Positions 50,335-58,833 of a stretch of 64,000 nucleotides of DNA are shown here, piece after piece. The translations under genes and the position numbers were made by a program. Where the stretch lies: contig CAVXGK010000002.1 of NCBI GenBank assembly GCA_963761305.1, positions 2,464,001-2,528,000 on the forward strand. The letters run 5' to 3'. Under the pieces are notes generated by a model. That model saw only the letters and a list, made by a program, of their open reading frames with translations. It did not search any database and had not been told where the DNA came from. The stretch comes from an uncultured Gemmatimonadaceae bacterium (GTDB lineage: Bacteria; Gemmatimonadota; Gemmatimonadetes; Gemmatimonadales; Gemmatimonadaceae). Positions within the stretch are counted from its first letter, which is position 1. Every line of letters begins with the position of its first letter.

Positions 50335-51633
50335 TCAGACGTCGCGCAGCGTGGTCCGGCGCTCGAAGGCGAAGTACGAGTAGACGAGGAGAATCGCGGC
50401 GCCGCCGCCGATCGCCCACGACGTGCCGATCACGTGAGCGACGCTCCCGGCGATGAACGACCCGATCACCGACGACAGTCCGACGACGACGAACGAGTAC
50501 GCCGCCATGAGCCGGCCGCGCAGCTCGTTGGGGACGATGTGCTGCAACGTCGAATTGCAGACGGCGCTGGTGACGATCATCGTGAAACCGACGCCGAGCA
50601 GGATCGGGTAGGCGGCGTATGCCGTCGGCACGAGCGCGAATGCGATGAGCAACCCGGCGAACGCGTACGACGTGTACGCGAGCAGGCGCATCCGGTTGAA
50701 CCGGTCGCCGATGGCGGCGAGCCAGAGCGCGCCGGAGACGCCGCCCACGCCCACGCACGCCAGCAGCGCTCCGTAGCCGCCGGCGTCGAGCCCGAGGTGG
50801 TTGCGCGCGACGACCGGCATCAGCGTGAGGTACGGAACGCCGAGGATCGAGTAGACGGTCACGAAACGCATCAGCGCGGCGATGGACGGCGTGTCGCGCA
50901 TGAAGCGGACGCCTTCGCGGATGCCGTCGATCGGGGACGCGAGATGCTCGGGCGGCGTCCACGCGGGAAGGCGGATCAGCATCAAGCCGCCCATCACCGC
51001 GATGTAGCTCAACGCGTTCACGCCGAAGCACCACGAGAGACCGAGGCTGGCGATGATCGCCCCGCCGATGCTGGGGCCGACGACCCGCGCGATGTTGAAG
51101 CCGCTCGAGTTGAGCGCGATGGCACCCGGCAGGTCTTCGCGTCCGACCAGCTCGACGACGAACGACTGGCGTGCCGGGATCTCGAACGCGTTGATGATGC
51201 CGTTGACCGTCGCCAGAATCAGCAGCCACGCGACGTTGATGTGGCGGCTCCAGGTGAACCACCAGAGCACGGCCGCTTGTATGCAGAACGCCATCTGTCC
51301 CAGCTTCACGAGACGGAGCTTCTCCGTCCGGTCGGCGACGACGCCGGCATGCAGGGAGAGCAGGAGCACGGGGAGCGACCCGGCCGACGCCACCAGGCCG
51401 ACGAGGAAGGCGCTATTCGAGAGCTCTAAAGCGAGCCACCCCTGCGCCATCGTCTGCATCCAGGTGCCGATCAACGACACCGTCTGCCCGATCCAGAAGA
51501 GCCGGAAGTTCCGGTGCCGCTGGAGGGTCTTGAACGGATTGAGCGACTGGACCACGTTGCTCGCCGCCGGGGTGAGCACGGCGGCGGAGTGCCGTGCGGG
51601 GCGGCGGGGCGGTGCGGTCGTCGGTTCGGTCAC
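50335..51633 (-). CDS. MFS transporter (DUF894/MFS_3-like)
   Basis: RNFRLFWIGQTVSLIGTWMQ, GVVADR, PARQSFV.ELVG, LRGR; about 12 TM segments. Confidence 0.93.
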   Translation of the reverse strand: MTEPTTAPPRRPARHSAAVLTPAASNVVQSLNPFKTLQRHRNFRLFWIGQTVSLIGTWMQTMAQGWLALELSNSAFLVGLVASAGSLPVLLLSLHAGVVADRTEKLRLVKLGQMAFCIQAAVLWWFTWSRHINVAWLLILATVNGIINAFEIPARQSFVVELVGREDLPGAIALNSSGFNIARVVGPSIGGAIIASLGLSWCFGVNALSYIAVMGGLMLIRLPAWTPPEHLASPIDGIREGVRFMRDTPSIAALMRFVTVYSILGVPYLTLMPVVARNHLGLDAGGYGALLACVGVGGVSGALWLAAIGDRFNRMRLLAYTSYAFAGLLIAFALVPTAYAAYPILLGVGFTMIVTSAVCNSTLQHIVPNELRGRLMAAYSFVVVGLSSVIGSFIAGSVAHVIGTSWAIGGGAAILLVYSYFAFERRTTLRDV

Positions 51634-51691
51634 GATTGAAAAATACAGCCGATGGTCCGCAGATTGGCGCTGAGCGCAATCACAGGGGTAG

Positions 51692-51832
51692 CTCCGTTTG
51701 TGTCCGTTTTTTCACCGTCTGTGTCCGTGTCCCAATCGTCGAAGCTCAAGCGGGCGCTCGACTCTGTCGCGCCAACGCGAGCTCTAACGATTGTTGCACG
51801 GACACAAACGGATCCGACGGACACAAACGGAG
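51692..51832. repeat. Intergenic imperfect palindrome (ACGGACACAA family, ~55-bp arms) between divergent MFS and CocE genes
   Basis: 51692-51747 ctccgtttgtgtccgtt...ccgtctgtgtccgtgtcccaatcgtcgaagctc vs 51779-51832 gagctctaacgattgttgcacggacacaaacggatccgacggacacaaacggag. Confidence 0.88.
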
Positions 51833-51860
51833 ATTGCAAACGACGCTAACGAGGTCAGCG

Positions 51861-53714
51861 ATGACGAAATCGGGAAGGAGGGAGATTCCTTTGTTGGGTC
51901 TTGTCGCGGCGAGCCTCGGCGCTGGAATGGCGTCTCCGGCCGCGGTAAGGGCGCAGGAATCCACGATGCCGGCGTTCGCGTGCCGGTTCGTCATGATCCC
52001 GGCGCGCGACGGCGTGCATCTCAACACGAGCATCTGCGAGCCGCGCGCGGCCCATCCGGCGTTGCCGATCCTCATGACGCGCACGCCGTACGGAATCGCG
52101 GGCGACAGCGTCGTGTCGGTCGCCGACCGCTTCCTCGCCGCCGACGGCTACATCTTCGTCACGCAGGACATTCGCGGGCGCTATCGCAGCGAAGGTCAGT
52201 TCTTCATGAACCGGCCGCTCCACGATCCGCACGACCCGAAAGGCACGGACGAGAGCACCGACACGTACGACACCGTCGACTGGCTGATCAAGAACGTGCC
52301 GAACAACAACGGCCGCGTCGGCGTGTTCGGCGTGTCGTATCCCGGTTTCCTCGCCACGATGGCCGGCATCAATCCGCATCCGGCGGTCAAGGCCATCTCG
52401 CCACAAGCGCCGATGACGGACACCTGGATGGGCGACGACTTCTTCCATCAGGGCGCGTTCCGCCTGTCGTACGGCTTCGAGTACGCGAGCGATCTCGAGC
52501 TCAGCAAGGATCAGTCGGTTCCGTCACCCATCTCGCACTGGGACACGTACGACTGGTATCTCGAGCTCGGGCCGCTGTCGAACGCCGATTCGAAATACTT
52601 CCACGGCCGCGTCCCGACCTGGCAGGCATTCACGCAGCATCCGAGCTACGACGCGTACTGGCAAGCGCGCGCCGTCGAACGCGATCTCACGGCTCCGGCC
52701 GTGCCGACGCTGACCGTCGGCGGCTGGTGGGATCAGGAAGACCGCTGGGGTCCGCTCGCCACGTACAAGGCGCTCGAGCCGGGCGATACCAAGCACTGGA
52801 ACTTCCTGGTCATGGGTCCGTGGAATCACGGCGGCTGGCGCAACCAGGCACGCGCGATGGCGGTCGTCGACCCGGGCACAGCCGACGCCTTCATGCGCGA
52901 CGTCGAGGCGCCGTGGTTCGCGTATTGGCTGCACGACAAGGGAAGCATGAGCGAACCCACCGCGTATCTCTACGACGCGGGCGCCAAGCGCTGGCGCTCA
53001 TTCGAAACGTGGCCGCCGAAATCGAGTGCGTCCGATGAGAAGATCTATCTGCACTCCGGTGGACTTCTCTCGTTCGACGCGCCGAAGTCGGAATCGATGC
53101 CGTACGATCAGTTCGTCGCCGATCCGGCGCATCCGGTTCCGTATCGGCCGCGTCCCGTCGAGCAGACGTACGATCCCCGCGGCTCGCGCTGGCGCACCTG
53201 GGAAACGCAGGACCAACGCTTCGTGCAGGGCCGGCCCGACGTCCTCACGTGGGAATCGCCGCCGCTGACCAGCGACGTGACGATCGCCGGTGACGTGATC
53301 GCACACCTCATGGCGTCGACGACAGGACAGGACGCCGATTGGGTGGTGAAGCTGATCGACGTCTTCCCCGACAGCCTGCCCGACCACTGGGACTGGGGCG
53401 GCTACCAGCTCATGGTCGCGCACGAGATCATGCGCGGCCGGTACCGCGAAGGCTTCTCGACGCCCAGGCCCATTCCGTCCAACATGCCGCTTCCCTTCAC
53501 CGTCGATCTCCACCAGCAGACGTACACGTTCGCCAAGGGCCACCGCATGATGGTGCAAGTGCAGAGCAGCTGGTTTCCGCTCTACGATCGCAATCCGCAA
53601 ACCTGGGTGCCGAACATCTTTCAGGCGAAGGCGAGCGACTTCAAGGCCGAGACGCACCGCGTGTATCACTCGCCGGAACAACCGTCGTACGTCGCGGTGA
53701 CCGTGCTGCGCTGA
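51861..53714 (+). CDS. CocE/NonD family secreted hydrolase (glutaryl-7-ACA acylase/X-Pro peptidase-like)
   Basis: GAGGT SD, signal peptide, RDGVHL, RTPY, QDIRGR..SEG, GVSYPG nucleophile, GPWNHG, SSWFPLYDRNP. Confidence 0.94.
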   Translation: MTKSGRREIPLLGLVAASLGAGMASPAAVRAQESTMPAFACRFVMIPARDGVHLNTSICEPRAAHPALPILMTRTPYGIAGDSVVSVADRFLAADGYIFVTQDIRGRYRSEGQFFMNRPLHDPHDPKGTDESTDTYDTVDWLIKNVPNNNGRVGVFGVSYPGFLATMAGINPHPAVKAISPQAPMTDTWMGDDFFHQGAFRLSYGFEYASDLELSKDQSVPSPISHWDTYDWYLELGPLSNADSKYFHGRVPTWQAFTQHPSYDAYWQARAVERDLTAPAVPTLTVGGWWDQEDRWGPLATYKALEPGDTKHWNFLVMGPWNHGGWRNQARAMAVVDPGTADAFMRDVEAPWFAYWLHDKGSMSEPTAYLYDAGAKRWRSFETWPPKSSASDEKIYLHSGGLLSFDAPKSESMPYDQFVADPAHPVPYRPRPVEQTYDPRGSRWRTWETQDQRFVQGRPDVLTWESPPLTSDVTIAGDVIAHLMASTTGQDADWVVKLIDVFPDSLPDHWDWGGYQLMVAHEIMRGRYREGFSTPRPIPSNMPLPFTVDLHQQTYTFAKGHRMMVQVQSSWFPLYDRNPQTWVPNIFQAKASDFKAETHRVYHSPEQPSYVAVTVLR

Positions 53715-53717
53715 TCG

Positions 53718-56429
53718 TCAGTCGGCTCGCAACGCGATGTTGGGATCGACCCTCGCCGCGCGCGCGGCCGGCACCACGCTGGCGGCGATCGCGACGAGCA
53801 ACATGATCGCGGCAACGGTCGCGTACGTCAGCGGATCCTTCGCCGATTCTCCGTATAGCAGCGGCTGAATCCAGCGCGACGCACCCAGCGCGACGAGAAC
53901 GCCGAGTCCGACGGCCGCGGCGACGAACGCGAGCCCCTGGCGCGCGACGATCGCCAGCACGTTTCGCGAGCTCGCGCCGAGGGCAATCCGCACGCCGATC
54001 TCGTGCCGCCGCTGCGCGACGTCGTACGCGACGACGCCATAGAGACCGACCGCCGCGACGATCAGCGCCAGCACACCGAACGTCGTGAACAGAATTGCGC
54101 CAAGACTCCACGAGCGACGCGAACCGTCGAGCAGCTCGGCCATCGGCCGCACGACGACGAACCCATCGCCCGGCATCGCCGCCTGAAGCGCTCGTCGCAC
54201 GCGCTCCGGTCCGTCGGTCACCTGCGGCGCGAGTCGCACGAGAATCGTCGACGCCCAAGCGGGGTTCGCTTGGTCGACCGGGATGTAGTACGCGAACCGC
54301 TGCTCGTCGGTGATGGTTTGCATCGCGGCGTCTTCCGCGATCCCGACGACCGTCGTGCACGGCGGCCGGGCGTCGGGGCGAAGCGAATTCCAGCCAACGT
54401 GAATGCACTGCCCGATCGGATCCTTGTTCGGCCAGAGAACGCGCCCCATCGCCTGGCTCACGACGGTCACGAGCGGAGCGCCGGCCCGATCCGACGCGTC
54501 GAACGCGCGGCCGCGCAGGATCCTCGTCTTCATGACGGCGAAGTACTCGGGCGTCGTCATCTGAAAGTTGAAGCGCCCCAGCCGCCCGACCGAATCGATT
54601 CCCGGCACCGTGAGGTACGCCGTGTTGGTGCTGAACAGCAGGCTGTTCACGCGAGTGGCCGACTCGGCGCCGGGAATCGATCTTGCCGCCTCGACGAGCC
54701 TACGGCGAATGGCGACCGAGGTCGCGCTGTCCGTCTCGAAACCGCGAAAGTCGAGATGCGCCTCGACGACGTTGGTCGCGTCGTACCCGAGCGGGATCGA
54801 CATGACGTTGCGCAGGCTGCGAACGAAGAGCGCCGCTCCGATGAGCAGCATGACGGAGAGCGCGCCCTGCGCGACCAATAGCGCGGAGCGAATTCGCGAC
54901 TGCTGAACGACACCACCGCGCGCCCCCGCCTTGAGCGCGCCAGTGAGATCCGACCGCGTCGCGAGAATCGCCGGACCGACGGCGACGAGGAGCGCCGAAG
55001 CGAACGCGCAAACGGCCGCCGCGCCCATGGTTCGCCAATCCAGGACGAACCCCGAGGTCGTGACTTGAGCGAGGAGGAATCGTTGCACCGCGACGCCGCC
55101 CCACTGCGCGGCAAACAATCCGGCGGCGCACCCGAGGAGCGCCAGCAGCGCGCCCTCGACGATGAACTGGCTCACGAGACGCCGCCGGCTGACGCCGAGC
55201 GCAAGTCGCACCGCGATCTCGCGACGCCGCCGCAGCACGCGAGCGAAAAGCAGGTTGGCCACATTGGCGCACGCGATGAGCAACACGATGCCGGCGACGC
55301 CGGCCACCCACAGCAACACTCGCGATTCCAATCCGGCGTCAGGCGCCGCCCACGCGCGAAGGGATCCCTCGAACGCCCGCGGTCGGGCGATCGAGTCGGG
55401 CGTCAGAACCGGATTGATCGAACGCTGGACCCGTCGGCTCTGAACGAACGCATTGGTGAGGTCGGTGCTCGCCGCCTGGTCCGAGACGCCGGCGCGCCGG
55501 CGAACGACGATCTCGGTCCAATCCCAGATGTAGGCGGTGCGATAGGCGCCACGGTCGCCAGGATTGACGTTCGCCGGCACCGTCGCGATCGGAATGAACA
55601 GATCCGGCTCCGAGCCGCTGTTCGCCGTTCCAACAAAGCCCTCGGGCGCGACGCCGACGATGGTGTACTTCCCGAGCCCGATCTGCATCGGTTCGCCGAG
55701 GACGTTTCGTCCGGCGAACTGGGATCGCCAATACGCATAGCTGAGCACCGCGACGCGTGTTCCGTCCGGCGCTGCGTCCTCGACGGCGGTGAAGTAGCGG
55801 CCCAACACCGGCTTCGCGTCGAAGAAATCGAACAACGCCGCGCCGACCCCGTCGACGTGCTGCACGCGTGTGTTCTGTCCGGTGCCGACGGCGAGGCGCC
55901 AATGAGAGACGGGCGCGATCTGAGAGAAGGACCGCGACGCGCGCGCGAAGTCGAGATAGCGCGTGTACGATGTCGTCGCGTAGGTGTTCGTGCGTCCACG
56001 CAGCGTCGTGCGCATGTAGACGCCGTGTACGTCATTCGGCGCGCGCATGTACGCGAATGGCCGGAACATCAGCCGATCGATGACGGCGAACATCGTCGCG
56101 TTGGCACCAATGCCGAGCGCGAGCGTGATGACGACGGTGGCGGTGAATCCCGGCGACCGGCGGAGCCCACGTATCGCGTAGCGAACGTCGTGGATCAATG
56201 CGTCGAGCGCGGGAAAACCCCACGCGTCGCGACTCGCCTCGCGAGCACGCAGCGTGCTGCCGACCTGTCGCCGCGCTTCGGCGCGAGCCTCGGCGGCGCT
56301 CATGCCCTCGTGCTCCAGATCGCGCGCGAGCAACTCGGCGTGCGCGTCCAATTCGCTCGCCAGCTCGCGCTCGAGGTCGCGGCGGCGGACCCACGCCGTG
56401 GCACGCCGCCAGAGCTCGCCGAGCGTCAC
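53718..56429 (-). CDS. ADOP-family duplicated ABC permease (MacB/FtsX-like, orphan)
   Basis: ELDAH, DVRYAIRGLRRSPGF, LALGIGAN, LLIACANVANL, EIAVRLALG, GLYGVVAY..QRRHEIGVRIALGA. Confidence 0.94.
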   Translation of the reverse strand: MTLGELWRRATAWVRRRDLERELASELDAHAELLARDLEHEGMSAAEARAEARRQVGSTLRAREASRDAWGFPALDALIHDVRYAIRGLRRSPGFTATVVITLALGIGANATMFAVIDRLMFRPFAYMRAPNDVHGVYMRTTLRGRTNTYATTSYTRYLDFARASRSFSQIAPVSHWRLAVGTGQNTRVQHVDGVGAALFDFFDAKPVLGRYFTAVEDAAPDGTRVAVLSYAYWRSQFAGRNVLGEPMQIGLGKYTIVGVAPEGFVGTANSGSEPDLFIPIATVPANVNPGDRGAYRTAYIWDWTEIVVRRRAGVSDQAASTDLTNAFVQSRRVQRSINPVLTPDSIARPRAFEGSLRAWAAPDAGLESRVLLWVAGVAGIVLLIACANVANLLFARVLRRRREIAVRLALGVSRRRLVSQFIVEGALLALLGCAAGLFAAQWGGVAVQRFLLAQVTTSGFVLDWRTMGAAAVCAFASALLVAVGPAILATRSDLTGALKAGARGGVVQQSRIRSALLVAQGALSVMLLIGAALFVRSLRNVMSIPLGYDATNVVEAHLDFRGFETDSATSVAIRRRLVEAARSIPGAESATRVNSLLFSTNTAYLTVPGIDSVGRLGRFNFQMTTPEYFAVMKTRILRGRAFDASDRAGAPLVTVVSQAMGRVLWPNKDPIGQCIHVGWNSLRPDARPPCTTVVGIAEDAAMQTITDEQRFAYYIPVDQANPAWASTILVRLAPQVTDGPERVRRALQAAMPGDGFVVVRPMAELLDGSRRSWSLGAILFTTFGVLALIVAAVGLYGVVAYDVAQRRHEIGVRIALGASSRNVLAIVARQGLAFVAAAVGLGVLVALGASRWIQPLLYGESAKDPLTYATVAAIMLLVAIAASVVPAARAARVDPNIALRAD

Positions 56430-56764
56430 GACTCCGCTCCTTTGAGCACGCGCATGGTCGCGGCCACTGCGCGCTGGAAGTCGGATTCTTCCTGGCCGAG
56501 CTGACGGCGACCCGCCGCGGTGAGGCGATAGTAGCGCGCGGTTCTTCCGGTCGGCGACTTCTTGAGCTCCGAGGTGATCCAGCCTTTGGCCTGCATCCGC
56601 TGGAGCGCCGGATAAAGCGAGCCTTCCTCTACCCGTAGCGCGTCGCGTGAGAGTCGCTTGATGTGCTGCGCGAGACCGTATCCGTGGAACGTGCTCGCGG
56701 ACAGCGTCTTGAGGACGAGAAGGTCGAGCGTACCGGCGAGGACCTGTGAGCGCGGATCGTCCAT
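56426..56764 (-). CDS. PadR family regulator (acidobacterial type)
   Basis: LAGTLDLLVLKTL, HGYG, VEEGSLYPAL, YYRLTAAGRRQL; GTGA overlap with the permease. Confidence 0.95.
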   Translation of the reverse strand: MDDPRSQVLAGTLDLLVLKTLSASTFHGYGLAQHIKRLSRDALRVEEGSLYPALQRMQAKGWITSELKKSPTGRTARYYRLTAAGRRQLGQEESDFQRAVAATMRVLKGAES

Positions 56765-56828
56765 GATGGTCAGGGCTATGGTTGTCACGTCTAGGTATAC
56801 GTCGGACACCGAGGCGGATCAAATGGTT

Positions 56829-57067
56829 GGGACGATGCTGGGAACGGTGGGCGGAGAGGAGTGCGGAGGCGGGGTGCGGAGAACTGGAACGAGTTCGGAG
56901 GCGGGGTGCGGAGAACTGGAACGAGTGCGGGGACGGAGTGCGGGGACGGAGTGCGGGGAGTTAGGTCTCCGCACGCCGTCTCGGCACCCGTCCCGGGTCT
57001 CCGCACTCCGTCTCCGCACCCGTCCCGGGTTCCCGCACCCGTCCCAGCAGCGGCCCAGCACCGTCCC
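56829..57067. repeat. Composite palindromic repeat: 32-bp and 13-bp GTGCGG units facing inverted 32-bp CCGCAC units
   Basis: gagt(g/t)cggaggcggggtgcggagaactggaac x2 (56859-56922), gagtgcggggacg x2 plus a partial copy, then ggtctccgcac(g/t)ccgtctc(g/c)gcacccgtcccg x2 (56964-57027); outer arms 56829-56851 and 57043-57067. Confidence 0.9.
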
Positions 57068-57102
57068 TTGGCACGGCGGCGGTTCGAGAGGTATCCTGAG
57101 GT

Positions 57103-58383
57103 ATGCGGTTCCATACCTACACCAAGTTCAGCCCCGAGCTCGCCGACGCGATCGACCTGCAATCGCTGCTCGACAAGCTCGCCGATTTCCTGTTGCAATC
57201 GGGCTTCGCCGGCGGCGACAACCAGTCGTACTACGGCTGGGACACCGGCGACGAACAGAATCGCTCGCTCGACGCGCTCAAGCAGGCGATCCTCGACGCG
57301 CTCATGGAGAGCGGACAGTTCACGCCGGAGATGCTCGACGCGCTCCGCGGCGGCGACGACGAAGAGGGACAGACCAAGCTCGCCCAGCTCCTCGACCAGC
57401 TCGTCCAACGCCTGATCGAAGAGGGCTACCTCAACGTCGAGAACGCGCCGCAGATGCCCGCCGGGCACCAGGCCGTCACCGGCCCCGGCGGTCTCGCCAA
57501 GGCCGCCGCCCGCGACGTGAACTTCAATCTCACCGACAAGGGCATCGACTTCCTCGGCTATAAGACTTTACGCAATCTTCTTGGGTCTTTAGGGAGGTCT
57601 AGTTTCGGCTCGCACGATACCGCGTACCTTGCCACGGGTATCGAGGCCGACGGGTGGAGCAAGCCGTACGAATTCGGCGACGTGCTCAACATCGACGTCA
57701 ACGAGACGCTCAAGAATTCGCTGGCGCGCACGGGCAAGATCGAAGTCCCGATGGACCTCGACTACTCGGATCTCATGGTGCGTCAGGCCGAGTACCGGTC
57801 GTCGTGCGCGACGGTGCTGATGCTCGACTGCTCGCACTCGATGATCCTGTACGGAGAGGACCGGTTCACGCCGGCCAAGAAAGTCGCGCTGGCGCTCACC
57901 CACCTGATCCGCACGCAATTCCCCGGCGACACGCTCAAGGTGGTGCTCTTCCACGACTCGGCGGAAGAAATTCCGCTGGCGACGCTGGCGACGGCTCAGG
58001 TGGGACCGTACCACACGAACACCGCCGAAGGGCTGAAGCTCGCGCGGCGCCTGCTGCTCGCCCAGAAGAAGGACATGCGGCAGATCATCATGATCACCGA
58101 CGGGAAGCCGAGCGCGCTGACGCTGCCCAACGGGCAGATCTATAAGAATTCGTTCGGCCTGGACACCACGGTGATCGCGCAGACGATTCGTGAAGTGGCC
58201 AACTGCCGGCGGTCGGGGATCATGATCAACACGTTCATGCTCGCCCGCGACCGCATGCTCGTCGAGTTCGTGAAGCGGGTGTCGGAAATCAGCAAAGGCA
58301 AAGCCTACTTCACCTCGACGATGACGCTGGGGCAGTTCATCCTTATGGACTTCCTCAAGCGGAAGACGCGAAAGGTCAGCTAG
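57103..58383 (+). CDS. VWA domain protein (Rv0959-type chelatase-associated)
   Basis: [41 protein letters not shown]. Confidence 0.88.
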   Translation: MRFHTYTKFSPELADAIDLQSLLDKLADFLLQSGFAGGDNQSYYGWDTGDEQNRSLDALKQAILDALMESGQFTPEMLDALRGGDDEEGQTKLAQLLDQLVQRLIEEGYLNVENAPQMPAGHQAVTGPGGLAKAAARDVNFNLTDKGIDFLGYKTLRNLLGSLGRSSFGSHDTAYLATGIEADGWSKPYEFGDVLNIDVNETLKNSLARTGKIEVPMDLDYSDLMVRQAEYRSSCATVLMLDCSHSMILYGEDRFTPAKKVALALTHLIRTQFPGDTLKVVLFHDSAEEIPLATLATAQVGPYHTNTAEGLKLARRLLLAQKKDMRQIIMITDGKPSALTLPNGQIYKNSFGLDTTVIAQTIREVANCRRSGIMINTFMLARDRMLVEFVKRVSEISKGKAYFTSTMTLGQFILMDFLKRKTRKVS

Positions 58384-58432
58384 GAGACCGCGTTCGAGGG
58401 CTTGTTGGGTGAACGCCCACCCTTGCGGCCCA

Positions 58433-58468
58433 TTGACATAGCTAGTTATGCCTAGCTAACTATATGTC
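58433..58468 (+). promoter_or_regulatory. Promoter/operator of padR: TTGACA inside an inverted repeat
   Basis: TGACATA-gc-TAGTTA...TAACTA-TATGTCA ending at the ATG; perfect TTGACA at 58433-38. Confidence 0.7.
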
Positions 58469-58804
58469 ATGCCACGAGGCAAAAACGACATCCTCCAGGG
58501 CACGCTCGCCCTGATCGTCCTCCGCACGCTCGACACGCAGGGACCGCTGCATGGGTACGCGATCACGTCCCACATCCAGCGCGTCTCGGCGGATCTCCTG
58601 CGCGTGGAAGAAGGGTCGCTCTACCCGGCCCTCCATCGCATGGCACAGGACGGATGGCTTCGCGCCGAGTGGGGGGTCACCGAGAAAAAGCGCGAGGCCA
58701 AGTTTTATGGCATCACCGCCGCAGGTCGAAAACAGCTCGCGCTCGAGCAGGAGAGCTGGAACCGACTGCGACAGGGCGTCGCGCGCGTCCTCCGGTACGC
58801 CTGA
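58469..58804 (+). CDS. PadR family regulator (acidobacterial type)
   Basis: LQGTLALIVLRTL, LHGYAI, VEEGSLYPALHR, AEWG, ITAAGRKQL. Confidence 0.96.
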   Translation: MPRGKNDILQGTLALIVLRTLDTQGPLHGYAITSHIQRVSADLLRVEEGSLYPALHRMAQDGWLRAEWGVTEKKREAKFYGITAAGRKQLALEQESWNRLRQGVARVLRYA

Positions 58805-58833
58805 TCGCTCGACCAACTGCTGGAGCTCCCTTC

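Noticed and set aside
56430..56822. N-terminal extensions of the ADOP permeases (also 58654-58833)
   Set aside because: They overlap the padR genes in another frame; the family-typical starts are at 56429 and 58834.
56859..57045. CRISPR array (32-bp units)
   Set aside because: Only two adjacent copies per arm, no spacers, and the arms are inverted relative to each other.
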